A DNA stretch of 64,000 nt from Octopus vulgaris (Eukaryota): contig OX597818.1 of the NCBI GenBank assembly GCA_951406725.2, positions 78,368,001-78,432,000 of the forward strand. Direction: 5' to 3'. The notes beneath the pieces are model-generated. The model saw nothing but the letters and a program-made list of their open reading frames with translations, did no database searches and was not told the DNA's origin. This document shows positions 50,659 through 64,000 of the stretch, piece by piece (position 1 is the first letter of the stretch; each line of letters opens with the position of its first letter). Made by a program: the position numbers and the translations under genes.

Positions 50659-53640
50659 TTATTCTTTTATTGGTCGCAAGGGCTATTATAAACAAACATA
50701 AAATTACATGCAACAACATAAAAGACAACACAAAACAATACAAAGGGTTTTCTGCGTGTAAATATTTAAAAAACAATGAAAAATTAAATAAAATTAAACT
50801 CCCAATAGGGGGAGGTGCTTTGAAGGTTATACGTGGAAAAACCCACAAAAACTACGGGTGCCTTCTTTTATTTTTCACAGGTATATACTCAGAATTGGCC
50901 CTTTCACACTGACCATTCTTCCAACATTCACCTATCTTTCAATAAACTTGCTAGAAGGCAACACTTCCCTCTCCACCCTCACTTTCCGTTTCAAGTGAAA
51001 CTTGAAAAAGTTGATGATGGCTTGGCCAAAGAAGAAAGTGTCTGACTTTAGCCCGTTCAAACGAGTCCACCATACTACTTCTTTTGCTACAGCCACCAGA
51101 CAAATAGAAATTGCCTGCCCCTCTCGGCCACAGGAGGGCAGCGGGGCAATCTTCACTATGGATTCAGCTGATAGCCGGATCCGTCCAACACGCGATAGTA
51201 AGTACTCGACATAAACTCACAAGTCAGCAATGCTTGGGTGTGCAGATCGGTTTCGTCGCTCTGCGCGCACCTTGGGCAGGCTCGGGTAATGGCACTTCCG
51301 TGCCTGTAAAGTTTATCCCGAATGGGCAGCGCTCCTCGGTAGCACTACCAGGCGAGGGATTTCTGGAAGTTATCCATAGGACCAGGCCCGAAAATTCTCC
51401 GAAACAGCCAGTAAGTCGATCCTCGTTGCTGCCTAGAGTTCCTCCGAGAACATCGTCGCACTTTCCCTCCACTAACCCTCTATAGAATACTATAATGGAA
51501 CTTCCACCGACCACATTGCCCGCCTGGCGGAAGGCTGTGAGCGCTGACGGCACTCGAGGCGCCAGGCACCTCTCTTCGGTCCACATCTAATCCAGGATTA
51601 CAGCTCAGTCAAAGAGACGAGATGTGGAAGAGTGAATCGGACAAACGGTGATCACACTTGCTGACCATCAAGGAAACGCTGGAGGTGCCGTAGTCTGAGC
51701 GCCTGTCTGCGCATCAGCAACCACGGCATGCCCAGGCCTCCATTCAGCGGCTGTTGACAGCAGCTGGAGCGCCTTACCAGTGGAACGCGACCCCTCCACA
51801 GAAAGCGGAAGGGTATGCGAACCACTTTGATCAGCCAGCACATGGGGCTAAGGACAACGGTCAAGCGGTAATAGATGACGGATGTGATGTACGTGTTCTC
51901 CACCTCGGCTCGACCTCCTAGGGACAGCTCTCTCTCAGTTCATTTCTGGGTAAGATTGACTACCTTGTTCGTCACCTCAGCCCAGTTTTTCTGCATCTGG
52001 AGGTCTGGACTGAACCAGACCCCGAGCAATTTAACCGGACCGTCTGTCCAGTGCTCCACGATGCTGTTGGACAGCATGGGCTTGCCTCTCTAGGTGCCGA
52101 GTTGCAAGCCCACTGACTTTTTCGCGTTAATTTTTCCTCCTGTCACCGCTTCATATTCTTGTAGTGTGTCGCCTATCAGGCCTATGTACCGGTGACTCGA
52201 AACTATAACGGTGACATCGTCGGCATAAGCAAACATGCTTCTCCCACATCCTAGATCATGCGGGATGCCCCCCATTGCTTTCAACTTCTGCAGAAGTGGC
52301 TCAAGAGTCAGTACATATAGAAGGGAGGAGAAAGAGCACCCTTGCCGGACCGAGCGCAAGATGCCGAATGGTTCTGACAAGTGAGCATTCACCCGAACAA
52401 CCGAGCAGATGCCGCTGCACAAAGCAGCGATCCAACCGCGGAAAACTAGACCGAAACCGGCTACCTTGAGAACAGCTGCTAAGTATTGAAGGCCGACTCT
52501 ATCGAAGGCTTTAGACTGATCTGTATTGATCAGCGCCCCACCCGTGACAGCTTTGTTACCCACCCTTTATATGATGTACCGTATGCGGTGAAGGTTGTCG
52601 CGAATAGTCCCTGGTTGGGATGGCGCATGTTTGCTCCTCGCCAATCAGCTTGACCACGATAAGCGCCAACCTCTTGTCTAACACCTTGGCCAAAATCTTC
52701 AACTCTGCATTGAGCAGAGTGATGGGTCTGAAATTCTTATAACCTCCCCCTTGATTGGTTCCTTTCTCAGCAGTGCCACCGCCCCTCGACAAACAAAAGT
52801 GGGAATTCTCCATTTTGTCGCTAGTTTCCGTAGACGTCTGCTAAGAGGCCCGCAAACAAGTCTGGCATCTAAATATAATGCTCGTAGGGCAGACCATCCA
52901 AATCCGGCGATCTGCCTCTCGTGCAGCTCTTCATCGATTCGTGTATTTCTACGGCTGTTATCGGCATTTCGCAGCACTCCGCCTCACTCGCTGAGAGTCG
53001 TGGCAGGCCGCCCAGGTAGACACCGAAGTCTGCCCTGTTGTCCGTCCTATCATTCGCCACGAACAGTCGAGCGAAGGGCCGCTGAAAAGCCGCACACAAC
53101 TGCTTCGGTTCAAACATCTCGCGTCCGTTCTGGTCCACCAAAGACCAAATGGTGGCTTTGTTGCCACGTTTTGCATCCGCCACTCGGGCTCATCAAGCGG
53201 TTTCGTTCCCTCCCCGCTCAGTGAACGTATCTTAGCTCTGACAACACAGCTTTCGTGTTTGGCGTTGAAAATAGGTCGAGGGTCAATCTCGCCGCCAACA
53301 CGTCGGTTGCGATGCCTTTCCTAAGTGCTCCATCTAACTCTCTAACTAAATCTCCCTCTATTCTATTTCTTTCTACCGCTAAAGCCTTACTAAACCTAAT
53401 GGATTCTACTCCAATTGCCCTTTTAAGAGTAAACCACCAGTTGTTGTTGGCGATTGCACCCGTCAACGCTCGCTAAACTAATTCACTAATCTGGTCTCTG
53501 TAAGCTTGGCACGCCGGGAACGGCATGATCAGCTTCCAGTAACCGGCACCCTGTCTGCGAAGCCTATCTAAGTAGACCGTACAGATCACGAATTTGTGGT
53601 CTGTGTAGCCGATTATGTGAAATTATGGACAACCTACACT
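50658..53640 (-). mobile_element. Tx1/L1-clade LINE ORF2 (APE end, RT, zf), 5'-truncated and decayed
   Basis: TDH..GAGYWKL, FRPITLLNAELKILAKVL, DQSKAFDRV, SVRQGC..S.LLYVL.LEPLL, AYADDVT, GGLGMP, CPRC. The 3' end AATAAAAGAATAAA runs into (TTA)n. Confidence 0.92.
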
Positions 53641-53662
53641 ATCCTTATCCGCTGAAAAATGA

Positions 53663-53782
<120 letters not shown>

Positions 53783-53797
53783 TAATAATAATAATAA

Positions 53798-53943
53798 TCT
53801 TGATATGAGATCATGTCGCGCACATATGGTTGTGATGCTTGTGCCTAGTGTACCCTTAGCAGACGGGGAGTCATGATGGGTATACTGGGCTTCGTATATT
53901 TTACCCCAGTGTCACTTTGATGGCATGCACTGCTCTCTCACTC
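53798..53943 (+). mobile_element. Short 5'-truncated copy of the non-coding (TAA)n-tailed element
   Basis: Matches 45097-45245, with (TAA)n on both sides. Confidence 0.88.
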
Positions 53944-55055
<1,112 letters not shown>

Positions 55056-55477
55056 AAGAAGAAGAAGAAGAAGAAGAAGAAGAAGAAGAAGAAGAAGAAG
55101 AAGAAGAAAAAGAAAAAGAAGAAGAAGAAGAAGAAGAGGGGGAGAAGAAGAAGAAGAAGAAGAAGAAGAAGAAGAAGAAGAAGAAGAAGAAGAAGAAGAA
55201 GAAGAAGAAGAAGAAGAAGAAGAAGAAGAAGAAGAAGAAGAAGAAGAAGAAGAGACGCTAGCCTTGACAGCGGCTAGACGTGCTCTTCGCTGCTCTGACC
55301 AGTCAGTAGCTGAAGACACAGAAATATTAATACAACCAAGAAAATCAACTGAAAAATAACTCTCAAAGACTAGAATATCTGCAATTTCCTGTATCTTAAA
55401 TTTTCCTCAAAATAAGTTACGAAACTTACGTGACTACATTTTTCGAACGCTCTAATGATCAACTTTAAAAAAATGAA

Positions 55478-55815
55478 TATCTACAACTTCTGTGTATACC
55501 TATCCTTTCTTTTCTCCCTGAATATTCAAAACTGTAAACGTCCTTTTTATTGTAAGAATACTACAGTTTTAAAAATTTAATATCTACAATTTTCTGTGAA
55601 AATTTTACTCTCCTTTTCTTTCCTTTCCTTTTTCTCTGAGTATTCGAAAGTGTAAACATCCTTTTTATTGCAAAAACTTTTTATTGCAAAATCTCACAGG
55701 TCGAACGTACAAACAATCATCTTTAGAAAATTCTAAAATCTACAATTTTCTGTGAGAATTTTACCTTTCTTTTCTCCTTGACTACTCGAATATGTAAACA
55801 TACCTTTTATTGCAA
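55478..55815. repeat. Three diverged ~80 bp direct repeats
   Basis: atctacaa..ttctgtg..ttttctc..ga.tattc.aa..tgtaaac.tcctttttattg occurs at about 55478, 55581 and 55738. Confidence 0.7.
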
Positions 55816-55971
55816 CACCACAATTAAATGCACGATGAATATATTAGCACCTGCTAATATATTAAACTGCACAATTACGAAAACTGTAAGCCACAGCAAA
55901 ACTTATAAAAGAAAAGAAAAAGTTACATTTTAAAAAATCAGAAATTCAAAAATTCAACGATGTGAACGTCA

Positions 55972-56045
<74 letters not shown>

Positions 56046-56071
56046 ATTATTATTATTATTATTACTATTAC

Positions 56072-56125
<54 letters not shown>

Positions 56126-56132
56126 CTATTAC

Positions 56133-56193
<61 letters not shown>

Positions 56194-56527
56194 TCTATCA
56201 GTAATTAAAAATAGAACAAGGTGAATTGGTTCCCTTCAAGGCCATGGTCAGCACTTTCATTGATCGCTAGAAGTAGTAAACACATTTGGCCTCTACTGAC
56301 CCCAGGGGTGTGAGGCTTCTTTTGTCTCCTGATTGCACAGGAATGCGAAAGCCCATTGTTGATCTTCTCACCATCTGTCGACCCTATTTACAGACCTGTG
56401 GAATTTGGTCTATTCGCCAAGCTGCTTCTCTTCCTTCTATTATTTCCTTCAACCCTCACATATTTATGATTATCTCAAATACAAGATAAAAGTCGAAACT
56501 AAACAACATTTAATAATACCACACTGT

Positions 56528-56860
56528 AAGGCGGCGCCGGGCGAAATGCGTTGCCGCATTTCGTCTGCCGTTACGTTCTGAGTTCAAATTCCGCCGAGGT
56601 CGACTTTGCCTTTCATCCTTTCGGGGTTGATTAAATAAGTACCAGTTACGCACTGGGGTCGATATAATCGACTTAATCCGTTTGTCTGTCCTTGTTTGCT
56701 CCCTCTATGTTTAGCCCCTTGTGGGCAATAAAGAAATAAGAAACGTTAGCACGCCAGGCGAAATGCTTAGCGGTATTTCGTCTGACGTTACGTTCTGAGT
56801 TCAAATTCCGCTGAGTTCGACTTTACCTTTCATCGTTTCGGGGGCGATAAATTAAGTACC
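56528..56860 (+). mobile_element. Dimeric family B SINE
   Basis: Two tandem monomers with GTTCAAATTCC B-box and gcctttcatcctttcgggg core, joined by gccccttgtgggcaataaagaaata. The same dimer lies on the minus strand at 61460-61858. Confidence 0.88.
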
Positions 56861-56879
56861 CTCTCTAAATACGAATTTG

Positions 56880-59690
56880 GATGTTCACTTGAATGGGAAC
56901 TGCCCCGACTCGAGCCCTCTAGGCCCACCGTCACACTCACCACAGAAAGAAAAATTTAAGAGGATCAAATGGATCCGAGAAGAGTATATAGAAGTTAAGC
57001 AAGCCATCTGAAGCGAAACACACCGCTCACTCTTATCAAATATGGAGAACAAGAAATCAAGACAGCAGACTATATTTGGACGGAAAGAATTTAGCAAATG
57101 TTAGGAGGGATATCTTCAGAAATAAAAGACTCACGGATAGTGAAATAACTGCGATGAAGCACGCAACGGAAAATGAACTAAATATAAGACGGAAAGGAAA
57201 TGAAGAACCAGACAAAGAGAGCAATAAAGAAATAAGAAACGTTAGCACGCCAGGCGAAATGCTTAGCGGTATTTCGTCTGACGTTACTTTCTGAGTTCAA
57301 AGTCGCAAAATCTCCACAAATCTCAATTGAAAGACTACTATTTGGCCAGAACATGCAAACGTCTGGAGAAATAAATTGTAATGAACCTGATAAAGATAAC
57401 GAGGGAGGTAGTAAAGAAACAATATTTGAAGATTACACATTTACTGAAGAACATACTGAATTAGCTTGCAGTTTTAAGACACGCCAATATGCATGATAGA
57501 GAACCACTTCATAAGCTCTCAAATACAATCCAAAATATAAAACAAATTAAAATTGGAAACTTAAACCAGATCTCACAGAATTAAATGAAATTATTTATGC
57601 AACTACTAAGACAATTAAAAACCAGTTGTATTCCTCTGAAAAAAAAAACAAGAAATACAAACTTGAGAAGAATTCAAAACTTGAAAAATAAAATTGAAAA
57701 AGAGATTGAAATAATGAGAGGTAAAATATCAATATTGAATGAACTAATCTGTGGAAATGATGTAAAAACCAGAACAGGAAGAAAGGTGATGAGCAAACAA
57801 ATATTCTCAGCAAGAGAACTGCTTTCGGCAAAAAAAAAAACACTGCAATAAAAAATGCAAGCAAAAGCTCAAAGAATACGAAGATCTGAGAAAAGAAACA
57901 AATTTTACAAGCAAAATGAACTGTTCACATCCAATGCGAAAATATTCTACAGAGAAACAGGGAAGGAGAAAATAACCATTGGAGACCACCCCCTGACATG
58001 GAAGAAGTTGAAAACTTCTGAAAAAATATCTGGTCCGATGAAATGACTTAAAAGGAAAATGCAAACTGGATTAGACGCACAGAAGGATCCTACCAAGACT
58101 TACCAGAACAAGCATGGGAAGACATGACAATAGCAGACTAAGAATGACCCCACGAAGGCTCATAAGTGGAAATCCCCTGGTAATGATAGAGAGCCAAATT
58201 TCTGGTTTATCTCTCACCCGTGCGCACACGAAATGTTAGTCCAGTTATTCAAAGAAATTATGAGAGATCCTACGAAAATACCTGACTGGTTACCAAGCGA
58301 TATTACTCCCGAAGAATAATGAAACTAAATCTCCCCAAAACTATCGACCCATAGCATGTTTACTACGTATAAAATTTTAACGTCCATCTTCGTGGAGAAA
58401 ACACAAATTTATGGAACGGAATTATATTTTCCCCACTGAACAAAAGGGGTGCCGACGAGGCTCCTATGGATGCAAAGATCAACTCTTAATCAATCGCATG
58501 ATCCTTGAGAACTGTCATAACAAACGCAGAAATCTCAGATTATAAAAAGGCCTTCGGCAGCATACCGCATTCATGGATCTTGAAATCTCTGGATATCTTC
58601 AAAATTTCTCCTGTGATTTCAAACTTCCTGAAGCACAACATGTCAATGTGGAATGCGAATCTTCAGCTATACCGCTCTAATGGAGTACTGTGCACAAAAA
58701 AATATTAATATCAACTACAGCATTTTCCAAGGTGACTCACTTTTACCTTTAATTTTCTGAATAGCCCTTACAAGTGAACTTAACAGAGCAGGGTATGGAT
58801 ATAAAATTGGGGACAAGAAAATAAATAATCCATTTTATATGGATGATTTAAAACTCTATGGCAAAGACAATAATGAGTTTGAAGGAGTACTACTGCGAAA
58901 GCATTCAGCGATGACATTGGGATGGAATTTGGTCTTGATAAATGTGCCACGGTCACTTTCCAGATATGGAAACTGAAGAGCTCACATTCAGTGGAGTTGG
59001 ATGTTGACATAGTCATAAGAGAACTCGAGCAGGAACATACCTCGGAATGAGGGCTCTGTCATTCAGCATGCAAGTATAAAAGAGAAAATCAAGAAGGAGT
59101 GTTACAGGAGAGCTCGAGCAGTCTTAAAATCCGAGTTAAACGCACGTAACAAGGTGTTAGCTATAAATTCCTTAGCAGTTCTGGTTGTTATTTACAGTTT
59201 CAATATGTTGAACTGGAATATAATCGAAATAAGGAAGATTGATAGGAAAATCCATAAGCTGCTGACTTGCAATAAGACGCACCACCCAAAGGTAGACACA
59301 GATCGTCTTTACCTACCCAGAGCTCAAGGAGGTCGAGGCTTGGTCCAGTTTGAAATCTACGAAACCACCACAATTGGACTCGCAAAATATCTTGAAACAT
59401 CTAACGACTGGATGCTAAAGCTCGTTGAAAATAATGAAAGACCTAAGAAGCTACGTTCTGTTATGAAAGAGACCAAAATATTTTCAAGTGAGCTTATGCA
59501 TAATTCCCAGGTTGAACAGCATGATAGAAGTGCAGCATCTGTAGTTGCAAAGAAGGTTAAATCAATAGCAAAGCAAAATGCGTTTGAATAATTGGCTGAT
59601 AGGTGGGAACAAAAACGTCTGCATGGCGAATATGTGACCCGTAGAAAACAAGCTGATGTAGACCAGAAGCACACCCAGTCAGAGAGGTAA
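56880..59690 (+). mobile_element. Near-5'-complete but decayed R4/Dong-type LINE
   Basis: N-terminal R.KW.REEY..LANVRRDIFRNKRL domain, then WKSPG.D, NYRPIAC, GCKDQLLIN, YKKAFGSIPHSWI, FQGDSL, YMDDLKLY and HHPK.D.DRLYLPR..GGRGL. Confidence 0.9.
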
Positions 59691-59699
59691 GATATAAGT

Positions 59700-61040
59700 A
59701 CCTGGATATCATTGAAAGAGAAAAGATGAATGAACGCAAGATGAAAGAAATGTACACGAAAGAGTATTTGAGGAGAACTCAGCTTGTGCTCCAATCGAAG
59801 CTAAATGGCTGCTATAAAATTAGAGCAGTTAACACGTGGGCTGTTGCTTTGATGAGATATGGGACCAGAATAGTATCTTGAAAGAAACAAATTACTAGAG
59901 ATAGACCTGAGAACAAGTAAATTAATGACAATGAATAATGAACTACACCCTATAAATGATGTGGCAAGGTTGTATGTAAAGAGGAGGGAGGGAGGGTGGG
60001 GATTAGTGTGTTGTGAAGGTTGTGTAAGGGAAGAGAAGAATAGCCTGACTCGGTATGTCAAGGGAAGTAAAGAAGAAATGATTGAAGCAGTGAAAATGCA
60101 GGGAACCTTAAAAGTGAATGAGGCCGTAGATCCAATTTATTTAAGAAAGACTAGAGAGAGCAGATGAATAAAATTTGGCTGGACAAGAAAATGCAGTCAG
60201 TTTTTTGAAGAATAAAGATGAGATTGATTAAAATAGAACCTGGCAATTGCTACAGAACGGAAACTTAAAAGGGCCCACTGAGGCATTAGTGTGCAGCGCT
60301 CAATAACAAGCTCTCAGAACAAACTACTCCAAATATCACATTAATAAAAGCACTGACTCGCCACAGTGTAGGGTGTGCTATGAGAAGGGAGAAAGTATAA
60401 GCCATATTGTTACTCAGTGCTGTAAGCTCGTTCAATGTGAATATGAAAGGAGACACGACAATGTGGCCAGATATGTCCACTGGCAGTTGTGCGGTAAAGC
60501 AAACCTCGAGAGATCCAAACAATGGTATGAACACGAGCCAGAGGGAGTAATGGATAACGAATATTACAAAATAACCTGGGATTTTAACATGCAGTGCGTC
60601 CAAGTCGTAGCGGAGAGACGACCAGATATCGTGCTCATCCATAAAGATGAAAAAGAAATAAAGATAATAGATGTTGCAATACCAGGCAATTCAAGGGTGA
60701 AATGTAAGGAAACAGAAAAGAGTGAGAAATACCAGCCACTGTGGGACAAGATAGGAAAGTTATGGGATATGAGGAAAGTAATGGTCATACCGGTGGTAAT
60801 TGAAGCATTAAGGGCAGTTTCCAAGGGCTTTGAAAACCACATCAAGAATATTAGAGTTGCTGTCAAATTCGAGGTGATCCATAAGACAGCATTGTTGGGT
60901 ACAGCTCACATTCTAAGGAGAGTATTGTCTCTGATTCACAGGACAAGGCACTAATTGAAACCTTTGGTGATTTGTTATTGCCTGCTTTCAAGTAAAGAAT
61001 AAATAACCGTTAATTAAGAACAATCCGAGAGGTTTTCATA
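59700..61040 (+). mobile_element. RLE LINE 3' half (another family)
   Basis: YKYL, LHP..DVARLYVKRREGGWGL, CRVC..ESISHIVTQC, RHDNVA, RRPDIV, IIDVAIP and EK.EKYQPL. Followed by (TAA)n(GAT)n. Confidence 0.9.
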
Positions 61041-61055
61041 ATAATAATAATAATA

Positions 61056-61120
<65 letters not shown>

Positions 61121-61404
61121 AGAGAAAATAGCAAAGTACCAGGATCTTGACAGTGCATAACAGTGACTATGGAAAGTGAGGTTTAAATGTATCTTTGTAG
61201 TTATAGGTGCATTAGGAACAATCCTTAAAGATTTGAACAGCTGGATAGAGGAAATAGGCATAAAGCCTAGTTTAGTACAGCTACAGAAAACTTATTGAGG
61301 ACACCAAGACTACTTCGGAGGGTTCTTGGCATCTAAGGTTACTTGTTGTTATTCGATAATAGGAATTTTTCTTTTCCACTGTCTAATCTGTTGTGCGTAT
61401 ATGC

Positions 61405-61405
<1 letters not shown>
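61121..61405 (+). mobile_element. RLE LINE terminal fragment
   Basis: EKIAKYQDL..LWK..VVIGALGTI..LQK, lying between (GAT)n and (TAA)n. Confidence 0.75.
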
Positions 61406-61459
<54 letters not shown>

Positions 61460-61460
<1 letters not shown>

Positions 61461-62290
61461 GGGTTTCAAATGTTTTCACAGGTACAGCAATTTTGGAGGA
61501 GGGGATGAGTCGATTATATCGACCCCAGTGTTCAACTGTTACTTATTTTATCGAACCTGAAATGATAAAAGGCGAACTCGACCTCGGCAGAATTTGAACT
61601 CAGAATGGAGTGACGGACGAAATACATATTTCTTTACTGCCCACAAGGGGCTACACACAGAGGGGAAAAACAAGGACAGACAAATGGATTAAGTCGATTA
61701 TATCGACCCCACTGCGTAACTGGTACTTATTTAATCGACCCCGAAAGGATGAAGGACAAAGTTGACCTCGGCGGAATTTGAACTCAGAACGTAGCGGCAG
61801 ACAAAATGCCGCTAAGCATTTCGCCCGGTGTGCTAACGATTCTGCCAGCTCGCCGCCTTCATAATAATGATAATAATCCTTTCTACTATCGGCACAAGGC
61901 CTGGATTATGTGAGGAGAAGGAGGACAGTCGATTACATCGACCCAAGTGCTCAACTGGTACTTGATTTATCGACCTCGAAAGGATGAAAGGTAAAGTAAA
62001 TTTAAGCTCCGAATTTAAAGACGGACAAAATGCTGCAAAATACTTTGCAGCATTTTGTCCGGCGTGCTAACGGTTCTGCTGGCTAGCCGCCTTTAAAGGT
62101 TTCTAATTTAGGTACAGCGCTCTTGAATAGTGGGGTTAAGTCAATACCATCGACTTCAGTACCTTGCATGTGCTGTATTTGATCGACGTTAGAAGGAAGA
62201 AAGACAAAGTTGACTTCGGATGGAATTTGAACTGTAAAGACCAGGAACGGAAACCGTAAGGTATTTTGTCCGACTCTTTGACGATTCTTC
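61460..62290 (-). mobile_element. Cluster of family B SINEs (dimer plus two monomers)
   Basis: Repeated reverse-complement cores (atcgaccccgaaaggatgaa.g.caaagt.gacctcggcggaatttgaactc), with a head at tctgccagctcgccgcct 61841-61858. Confidence 0.85.
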
Positions 62291-62371
62291 CAGATGATAA
62301 TGAAGTAATAATTGGTATGATGTGTAACATAAGTGCATGGCCTGAAAATTTTGATGGGACACTGAGGAAAG

Positions 62372-62839
62372 TACCGTAAATCTTCAAGTACAGTCCACCC
62401 TTGAGTATAATACGCAGGGGATTTTTAGGGGGCTGTACCTCTGAAAAACCTAAACCTTGTGTACAATACGCACTCCTTCTCTAACTTGAATAGTGCGTAA
62501 TTAAGCCAACAGCTGTTATATAGGAATATAAATATGTTTCCAAATTGTTTTTTGTTACATGTTATTCTGTGTTCTGACTACTTTTATTTTAATAAATGTT
62601 GCTTACTGCAAGTTATGGATGATTCTTTTATGACTTCATTACTTTCAGGCTTACCTTAAGGTATTTTCGCGCCCGACATCACAAAATGCCTCTGAATAAA
62701 CATTGCCGGACAGCAAATAGAGATTCTGACATTTCTAAGAAAATATTTTTCATTTTTAACCTCTTATATAGTACGCACTAGGTATTTTGACCTTGAAATT
62801 TTGGGGGGAAATGCGGATTATACTCCAGGATTTACGGTA
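62372..62839. mobile_element. pogo/Tigger-type MITE inserted in a SINE
   Basis: TIRs TACCGTAAATCTTCAAGTACAGTCC / GGATTATACTCCAGGATTTACGGTA with TA ends. The interrupted family B SINE continues on both sides. Confidence 0.8.
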
Positions 62840-63064
62840 GTCAATTAAATTAACCCAGGTTTAACTGGTACTCTATTTAATCAACACCCAGAGCGACGAA
62901 AGGCAAAGTTGATCATTGCGGGATTTGAAAAAGAGACTAACTAAATACTACAAGAGGTATTTTGTCTAATTTTATGCAACGCGTTCTGCCAATACGACGA
63001 CGACGATGACGATGACAATGACGATGACGATGACGATGACGATGATGATGATGATGATGATGAC

Positions 63065-63095
<31 letters not shown>

Positions 63096-63388
63096 ACGAT
63101 GATGATGAAGACGAGAAGGACGACGTTGACGACGACAAAAATGACGCAGCGGGGTCCATGATGATGATTCCGACGTTGTTGATTGATATTGACAACGAAG
63201 ACTATAATGATAATGATGATGACAATTATGACGACGACGACGACGATGATCACGATGATATTTTTGATTCCTGTTTCTTTCAAATGTTTGACTACTTGAA
63301 CTTACTCGACCACAGTGGAGTAGATATGAGCAATATTAGCAGGTGGTCATTTGATGAATAAGGATATTCAAAAACTTAGAAGAGCAAC

Positions 63389-63559
<171 letters not shown>

Positions 63560-63611
63560 TAGATATAGATATATGTATGTATGTATATGATATATGCGTG
63601 TGTTTATATAA

Positions 63612-63642
<31 letters not shown>

Positions 63643-64000
63643 TATATACATACTACACGCATACGCACATAAACACACACGCACACACACACACACACAC
63701 ACACATAAACACATACGCATACACACACACACGCACGCGTGCATACACAAGAATAAAGTTTTATTTTCTATGACGATTGATTTCTTTATCAGTAAACAGG
63801 ATAAAAAGAAAACTACCGAATTAATATTTCCTTTTTGTCTTATTCTATTTTATTTCTTTTTGTTTGTTTATCAAAGGGATCTGTTTTTTAAACTGAGAAG
63901 TTTAAATGATTCCAGCTGGAAGATTTTTCAGTGCACGTGTAACGATGGTTTAAGATAAGCACTATCTTTCTGTTAGCAAACAACAGGTTCTGATAAGCTA

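Overview
Eukaryotic, AT-rich, microsatellite-dense DNA that is almost entirely transposon-derived. The SINE families and repeat style suggest an octopus or other cephalopod genome (inference). The only host gene I can support is the 3' end of an ACC-synthase-like (ACCS, PLP-dependent aminotransferase class I) gene, with three spliced exons at 1830-1972, 5061-5214 and 6275-6315. The rest is layered mobile DNA: tRNA-derived SINEs, RTE LINEs, a decayed Gypsy pol, mariner/Tc1/pogo/hAT DNA transposons, Tx1-like LINEs, and a dense 38.7-61.5 kb pile-up of R4/Dong-type RLE LINEs inserted into (TAA)n tracts. The most notable signal is a set of Penelope-like (PLE) palindromic insertions carrying minimal type I hammerhead ribozymes. 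In one family the terminal module reads tRNA-like Pol III head - (AAT)n - hammerhead - ~33 nt tail. It occurs both fused downstream of a GIY-YIG endonuclease ORF and as stand-alone, TSD-flanked, non-coding inverted pairs. All calls were made by eye; no searches or folding were run, and many element boundaries are approximate.
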